Source: an uncultured Candidatus Micrarchaeota archaeon (lineage in GTDB: Archaea > Micrarchaeota > Micrarchaeia > Micrarchaeales > Micrarchaeaceae). From it: a stretch of DNA of 64,000 nucleotides. This document shows positions 58,510 to 64,000 of the stretch, in pieces. The first letter of the stretch is position 1; the number at the start of each line of letters is the position of its first letter. Below the pieces are notes generated by a model, which made no database searches, was not told where the DNA came from, and saw nothing but the letters and a program-made list of their open reading frames with translations. The position numbers and the translations under genes are program-made. Location of the stretch: positions 1 to 64,000 of the forward strand of contig CAVUGN010000011.1 of NCBI GenBank assembly GCA_963741095.1, given 5' to 3'.

Positions 58510-58827
58510 ATGGACAGGCACGGGTCGCTGCGCATCTCGCGCAATGCTATAACCAGCCTGAGGCATGTCCTTTCGAAAGCAGTAACTAAGAACCAGCTTC
58601 TGATCCTTCTAACAATTGACGGTACCGAGCAGAGCCTCACCACTTTCCTAAGTAGGCTATCAACAACGAGCGGAGTTCCGCTGTCTACCTTGAAACTCAG
58701 CGTGCGGGTGCTGAGGGAATCAGGCTTGGTGATGCTGCACCATTCTGGGGCCTGTAGTTACAACCATATTGAATTGTCAGAGGCTGGCCGGTTGGTCCTG
58801 GACGTAATTGTCTGTGATGATTATTGA
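58510..58827 (+). CDS. Winged-helix DNA-binding protein
   Basis: GVPLSTLKLSVRVLRESGLV..LSEAG. Confidence 0.6.
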   Translation: MDRHGSLRISRNAITSLRHVLSKAVTKNQLLILLTIDGTEQSLTTFLSRLSTTSGVPLSTLKLSVRVLRESGLVMLHHSGACSYNHIELSEAGRLVLDVIVCDDY

Positions 58828-59588
58828 TTGGTGATGCAATGGAAACAAAAAACAACAAAGAAGCGGGCATGTGCCACTTCCAGGTCGCTGCGAGCAGCCT
58901 CTCTGAAGATGCAATAAGGAGATTGGCAGAAACTGCAAGAAGTGGGTTTGGTAGCGCAATAACCTACGAGGATGCGAAGAACCATCTGCTTACTGGAGGG
59001 ATATTGCATGTATTCGGGGGTTCTGACAGTGAAAATCTTGTCGGTTTTGCATCCTATAACCTTTACCACATCAAAGGTAACTCGATGGTTGACATCTCAG
59101 ATATCCGTGATTGCTCAGTAGCCAAAGGAAAAAAGATCCTCTATGTCAATGGCATGGTAGTAAAAGAAGCGTACCAGGGCCATGGATTGCTATCCGCATC
59201 ACTCAAATCGGTCATCAACGATACGCGGCCAACTCATCTAATCCTGCGCACGCAGAATCCGGTGTCATACCATATACTAAGCAAGCTGGGCACTACCTAT
59301 CCTTCGTTCGAGGCTCCCGTTGAGGAGGCGGTGGAGATGGCTGCGATGCTGGCATCAAAACTAAAGATGACTAGATACGCATCGCACGAATTCGTGGAGC
59401 GCGGCACGTACGGAACGTCCCTTTACGGCAAACCCCCCGAATCAAAAGACAAATACGCGAACAGGCTTTTCACCGAGAAGCTAAACATCGACATTCGGCG
59501 GTGGCGATTCTGTTATTGTTGTGACGGAACTCGGACGCAGGCAAGCGTCGCTGGCGTTCGGAGAACCAGAAGCAGCTCGGCTGCTTAG
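58824..59588 (+). CDS. GNAT-fold acyltransferase-like protein
   Basis: VVKEAYQGHGL acetyl-CoA motif; RTQNP. Confidence 0.6.
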   Translation: MIGDAMETKNNKEAGMCHFQVAASSLSEDAIRRLAETARSGFGSAITYEDAKNHLLTGGILHVFGGSDSENLVGFASYNLYHIKGNSMVDISDIRDCSVAKGKKILYVNGMVVKEAYQGHGLLSASLKSVINDTRPTHLILRTQNPVSYHILSKLGTTYPSFEAPVEEAVEMAAMLASKLKMTRYASHEFVERGTYGTSLYGKPPESKDKYANRLFTEKLNIDIRRWRFCYCCDGTRTQASVAGVRRTRSSSAA

Positions 59589-59610
59589 ACTGGAATAAGA
59601 ATACGCAAAG

Positions 59611-60384
59611 GTGATGCATGTGAAAGTAAAAGTTATTGGAAGCGGAAAAACTACTCTCGGAATAGTGGGATGCGTGCACGGCGACGAACTTATAGGAAAG
59701 AAGATGATAGACCGTCTCATAAAGGTCAAACCTCCAGAGAACTTGAGACTCAAGCTGGTAGTGGCCAACGAAGCCGCAATGAAGAAAAATTTCAGGTTCG
59801 TCGAATCGGATCTGAACCGGAGTTTCAAAGGCGACCAACATGGCACAATGGAAGAGAGACTTGCCTACAAAATAAACCAGGAACTTTCGGACTGCGACTA
59901 CGTAATAGACTTGCATTCAACCCATGCAGAAATGGAATCCATTGTGATAACGACTACGGGTACATTCAGTCGACCTGGCGTGAAACGCCTCATAAACTGC
60001 GTGCCGATCAGAAAGATCGTCATCATGAACAAGGCTATAGGTGGTGGCAGATCGCTGATAGATGCGGTGCGGGCGGGAGTGTCGATAGAGCTCAACAAGG
60101 ACGTATCGTTCGCAAAGGTGTTTGACCTAATCAGCGAGTCGATAAAAAATCTCTCATCAGATAAGGCTTCAAAAGTGCGAAGAGAAACATTCAAGGCTGT
60201 AAGATTTGTCGATGGGCCGGCAGAACCTGCGAGGCTGCGCAACTTTGTTTTGGTAAACAAGGACGAGCCGTTCATGATGCGGTACAGTAAACCAGTGCTT
60301 GCAAGATACGACTTCTACCCTATTTTCGTAGGGGAGATTGGGTACAAAGACAAAGTCTGCATTGCCACAAAGAAGGTTGGTTGA
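59611..60384 (+). CDS. Succinylglutamate desuccinylase/aspartoacylase (M14-like) family
   Basis: HGDE, DLNRSF, IDLHS. Confidence 0.82.
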   Translation: MMHVKVKVIGSGKTTLGIVGCVHGDELIGKKMIDRLIKVKPPENLRLKLVVANEAAMKKNFRFVESDLNRSFKGDQHGTMEERLAYKINQELSDCDYVIDLHSTHAEMESIVITTTGTFSRPGVKRLINCVPIRKIVIMNKAIGGGRSLIDAVRAGVSIELNKDVSFAKVFDLISESIKNLSSDKASKVRRETFKAVRFVDGPAEPARLRNFVLVNKDEPFMMRYSKPVLARYDFYPIFVGEIGYKDKVCIATKKVG

Positions 60385-60541
60385 CGGCGCCGTACAGCGG
60401 AGCGGCGCAGGGATTGTCTTACAAATGCACCCTAACTCCGGATAATTGGTGCATAAATACCACCAAACATCATCGTTCCTCAATCACACTTACTTATCGA
60501 GGCGGTATGGGTATAAAAATCTCCTCTACCCTAACTAATCT

Positions 60542-61099
60542 GTGAAGATTATAGTTGCGCTTACTGGCGCTTCGGGGATTGCCTATGGGCTCAGACTAGC
60601 AGAAGCTCTGAAAACAGAGAAACTCAGCATAATCGTCAGCGAGAATGCCAAAAAAGTCATGGGATACGAAATCGGGGATGCTGGGAAAACCTTGAAGGAA
60701 TTGGAGAAATACGGCAATCTCTACAACGAGAACGAGATAGACGCCCCGCCCGCTTCCGGTTCATCCTCGTTCGATGCTATGGTGGTATGCCCGTGCTCGA
60801 TGAAAACGCTCTCCGCGATCGCGAATGGCTACTCATACAACCTGATAACGCGCAGTGCGGACGTCATGCTAAAGGAGAGAAGGAAGCTCGTGCTCGTTCC
60901 CAGGGAAACACCCGTCAGCGCGATACATCTCGAGAACATGCTCAAGCTCTCGAGGCTGGGCGTCATCATGCTGCCGGCCTCTCCCGGCCTTTACAACAAG
61001 CCAAAGAGCATTGACGATATCGTTAATTTCATCGTTGGCAAGATTCTCGATTCGTTGCGGGTCGAAAACAGCCTCTACAAGAGGTGGGATGCGAAATGA
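60542..61099 (+). CDS. ubiX: Flavin prenyltransferase
   Basis: ALTGASG, ASGS, PCSMKTL, VPRETP. Confidence 0.93.
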   Translation: MKIIVALTGASGIAYGLRLAEALKTEKLSIIVSENAKKVMGYEIGDAGKTLKELEKYGNLYNENEIDAPPASGSSSFDAMVVCPCSMKTLSAIANGYSYNLITRSADVMLKERRKLVLVPRETPVSAIHLENMLKLSRLGVIMLPASPGLYNKPKSIDDIVNFIVGKILDSLRVENSLYKRWDAK

Positions 61100-61147
61100 G
61101 TCCTGATACTGGAATTGTGCCAACAAAGCCAATCCAGAGGTGTTTCC

Positions 61148-62452
61148 ATGAACCTTAGAAACTTTATAGAAAAATTGGATGCAGAGAACAAGCTGGTGAG
61201 GATAAAGAAGGAAGTATCCACGGATTTCGAGATTGCCAACCTGCTCGCTGCACTTGACGGAAGGGTGGTGCTTTTCGAGAAGGTGAAGGGCTCCGAATTT
61301 CCCGTCATCGGAAATCTGGTCTCTTCGAGGGATCTGGTCGCTTCCGCCCTTGGAATGCAGAAGGAGCAGCTGCTGGAAAAAATGGCATACGCGATAAACA
61401 ATAGGAAAGAACCTGAAGTGATAAGCAGCGGTCCTTGCCAAGAGGTCGTGGAAGAGCCCGACTTGAACAAATTACCCATTCTAAGGTACATGCCGAAGGA
61501 CGGCGGCAAGTACATTGCCTCTGCGGTCTGCATGATAAAGGATCCAGAAACCGGAAGAAGGAACTCCTGCTTCCACAGGCTAATGATGCTTGACAAGAAC
61601 CACTTTGCCGCAAGGATAGTCGAGAACCGCGGAACAGATACCGCCTTGAAGAAGGCAGGAGAACTAGACGTCGCGATATGCATAGGCAACTCGGTTCCTG
61701 TCCTGCTGGCTGGGGCGACCTCTTTGCCGATCGGCGTGGACGAGCTCGGGATGGCAAACGCGATGGACGAGACAAAGCTTGTCAAATGCAAAAGCATCGA
61801 CATGGAGGTACCTGTAGACACGGAGTTCGTGCTCGAAGGAAGGATAACAAAAATGACCGCTAAAGAAGGTCCGTTCCTCGACCTGACGGAGACGTACGAC
61901 AAGGTCAGGGAGCAGCCCGTGATAGAAGTCAAGAAAATCACCCGCAGGAAGGACGCGATATTCCACGCTCTGCTTCCGGGCATGGGCGAGCACAAGATAC
62001 TGATGGGGATGCCAAGGGAGCCTACAATCTTCAATGAAGTCAACAAGGTCTGCAGCTGCAAGAACGTGCTTGTGACCCCTGGCGGTGCATCATGGCTCCA
62101 TGCAGTTGTGCAAATAACAAAGAGTAATGACGACGACGGCAGGAAGGCCCTCGAGGCCGCATTCAAGGGCCACAGCTCCATGAAACATTGCGTGGTGGTC
62201 GATGACGACATAAACATCTACGATCCGAACGAGGTCGAATGGGCAATCGCCACGAGATTCCAGGCCGACAAGAACCTTGTCGTGACCCCGAACCAGCCGG
62301 GCTCGTCGCTCGATCCCTCGGGAGACCTGACGGAAGGCAAGAAGGCGGTTACATGCAAGGCTGGCTTCGATGCGACGATTCCGCGCGAAAAGAAGGACAA
62401 GAGCTTCAAGAAAGAGCGATACGGATCAGTGGACCCAAAAAGCTATTTGTGA
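61148..62452 (+). CDS. UbiD-family decarboxylase, probably anhydromevalonate phosphate decarboxylase
   Basis: DGGKYI, EGPF, VDDDI, WAIATR; clustered with ubiX and AcnX. Confidence 0.85.
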   Translation: MNLRNFIEKLDAENKLVRIKKEVSTDFEIANLLAALDGRVVLFEKVKGSEFPVIGNLVSSRDLVASALGMQKEQLLEKMAYAINNRKEPEVISSGPCQEVVEEPDLNKLPILRYMPKDGGKYIASAVCMIKDPETGRRNSCFHRLMMLDKNHFAARIVENRGTDTALKKAGELDVAICIGNSVPVLLAGATSLPIGVDELGMANAMDETKLVKCKSIDMEVPVDTEFVLEGRITKMTAKEGPFLDLTETYDKVREQPVIEVKKITRRKDAIFHALLPGMGEHKILMGMPREPTIFNEVNKVCSCKNVLVTPGGASWLHAVVQITKSNDDDGRKALEAAFKGHSSMKHCVVVDDDINIYDPNEVEWAIATRFQADKNLVVTPNQPGSSLDPSGDLTEGKKAVTCKAGFDATIPREKKDKSFKKERYGSVDPKSYL

Positions 62453-62456
62453 TAAT

Positions 62457-63653
62457 GTGTTTCTTACAAAAGAGGAGGAACTGATGCTTTCGGGCGAGCG
62501 GGGCGAAGGAGTGCAGAAAGCAATGGAGATAGTCGTCGCCCTGGGCAAAATCTACGGTGCAGAGAAACTGGTCGAAGTCAAAAGTGTGCAAGTCTCGGGT
62601 GTCAGCTACAAGAACCTTGGCGATGCTGGCATAGAATTCCTCGAAGAGTGGGCGGACAAGGGCGGCAGGGTCACGGTGAACACGACGCTGAATCCCGCCG
62701 GAATGGACCTGGAGAACTGGAAGAAGCTGGGCTTCAAGGAAGAGTTCGCAAAGAAGCAGTTGAAGGTAATCGACGCTTTCAAGAAGATGGGGATCTCGCC
62801 TGTGTGCACGTGCACCCCCTACCTGATCGGCAACGTGCCGAAGTTCGGCGAGCACATAGCGTGGGGCGAGTCTTCAGCTGTCGCGTTCGCAAATTCCGTA
62901 CTGGGCGCAAGGACGAACAGGGAAGGCGGTCCCTCCGCGCTTGCAGCCGCGATTTCGGGAAAGACCGCATGCTACGGATTCCATTTGGACGATGAACGCA
63001 AGGCGGACTTTGCTTTCGATGTGGGCTGCAAAGTCGACGGCTTCTCGGATTTCGGCGCGCTCGGGAACATCATCGGGAAGATCGTGAAGAACAAGGTCCC
63101 TTATGTGACTGGGATTGCCGGATCCAGCCAGGACGATCTGAAGGTTTTCGGAGCCTCGATGGCCGCCAGCGGTGCGGTCGCATTGTTCCACATCAACGGA
63201 GTCACGCCCGAAGCCAGGGCGAAGAACATGCTCAACGATTCTGCAGAGAAGATAAGCATCGAGAGCCTTGAAGAAGGTTATTCCTCACTGAACTCCAAAG
63301 GTAACGAGATAGACTTCGTCAGCATAGGCTGCCCCCATGCGTCAGTAGAAGAATTGAACAAGATAGCGGGGCTTGTAAGGGGCAAAAAGATCAAGGCGGA
63401 GCTGTGGATAACCACTTCGAAGTATGTTAGCGAGCGAGCGAAGGATGCCGTGAAGACCATAGAGCAGAGCGGCGGGAAGGTCCTGAACGACACCTGCCTG
63501 GTCGTGGCTCCGGTCGAGGATTTCGGCTTCAAGAACCTTGCAACGAATTCGGGCAAGGCTGCTTTCTATGCGCCGACGCACTCCAAGCTTAACGTGAGAT
63601 TCGGGACAATGGAACAGTGCATAGACGCCGCGATAAAGGGGAGATGGGAATGA
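62457..63653 (+). CDS. Aconitase X large subunit (phosphomevalonate dehydratase-like)
   Basis: SGVSYKNLG, CTCTPY, ESSA, GARTNREGG, GCPH, TNSGK. Confidence 0.88.
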   Translation: MFLTKEEELMLSGERGEGVQKAMEIVVALGKIYGAEKLVEVKSVQVSGVSYKNLGDAGIEFLEEWADKGGRVTVNTTLNPAGMDLENWKKLGFKEEFAKKQLKVIDAFKKMGISPVCTCTPYLIGNVPKFGEHIAWGESSAVAFANSVLGARTNREGGPSALAAAISGKTACYGFHLDDERKADFAFDVGCKVDGFSDFGALGNIIGKIVKNKVPYVTGIAGSSQDDLKVFGASMAASGAVALFHINGVTPEARAKNMLNDSAEKISIESLEEGYSSLNSKGNEIDFVSIGCPHASVEELNKIAGLVRGKKIKAELWITTSKYVSERAKDAVKTIEQSGGKVLNDTCLVVAPVEDFGFKNLATNSGKAAFYAPTHSKLNVRFGTMEQCIDAAIKGRWE

Positions 63654-64000
63654 TATTGAAAGGGAGGGTCATAAAGTACGGCAAAGTCGGGGGCGAGGCA
63701 ATGGTCTCGGACAAGCCGATAGGATTCCTCGGCGGAGTCGACCCCGACACCGGCATGTTCATCGAGAAAGGGCACCCTCTTGAGGGGAAGAACATCAAGG
63801 GCAAGATACTGGTGTTCCCCACCGGCAAGGGTTCCACCGTGGGCTCCTATGTCCTGTACAGGATGAAGAAGAATGGAGTGGCGCCGCTGGCCATAATAAA
63901 CGAGGAATGCGAGACCATAGTCGCAGTCGGCGCGATAATATCAGATATCCCCTGCGTTGACCGGATCGACATTAAACAGATCAAGAACGGAAGCAGGATC
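63650..64000 (+). CDS. Aconitase X small subunit (DUF126), runs off window end
   Basis: MILKGR..FLGGVDPDTG..HPLEG..GKGSTVGS. Confidence 0.88.
   Translation, partial: MILKGRVIKYGKVGGEAMVSDKPIGFLGGVDPDTGMFIEKGHPLEGKNIKGKILVFPTGKGSTVGSYVLYRMKKNGVAPLAIINEECETIVAVGAIISDIPCVDRIDIKQIKNGSRI

Overview
Archaeal chromosomal window; the gene content suggests a DPANN/Micrarchaeota-like lineage, which is an inference. 1-33.3 kb is mostly core genome. It holds a surface protein with ten 261-bp tandem repeats, a type IV/Tad pilus locus, tRNA-His and tRNA-Ile, and a minimal [NiFe]-hydrogenase with maturation genes. It also holds Dpo4, an ABC transporter, CysDN and the RFC small subunit. 60.5-64 kb encodes UbiX/UbiD/aconitase X of the archaeal mevalonate pathway. 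The standout is a ~25-kb island integrated in tRNA-Pro(TGG) (33403-58322). The tRNA 3' end CCGGCTCCCCA recurs five times with attL-attP-attP-attP-attR arm geometry, yet no integrase is present. The island consists of six copies of one module: cargo and a small-ORF operon, a divergent ~450-500 aa tandem-Lrp regulator, and a convergent micro-gene. Each micro-gene has its own conserved TATA and RBS and encodes a different 6-13 aa Gly-rich peptide (MEGPGG, MEGGGTGGNG, MGDGGGA, MDGGGPGGG, MDGGGSGGGGGGG, MDGGASG). All six are missed by the ORF track. Regulator and peptide vary together while their flanks stay nearly identical, which suggests an undescribed receptor/cognate-peptide system. Cargo includes three toxin-antitoxin pairs, a radical SAM enzyme with a Cys-nucleophile S9 peptidase, and a putative RiPP cluster. 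Family calls come from motif recognition only; no database searches were run.
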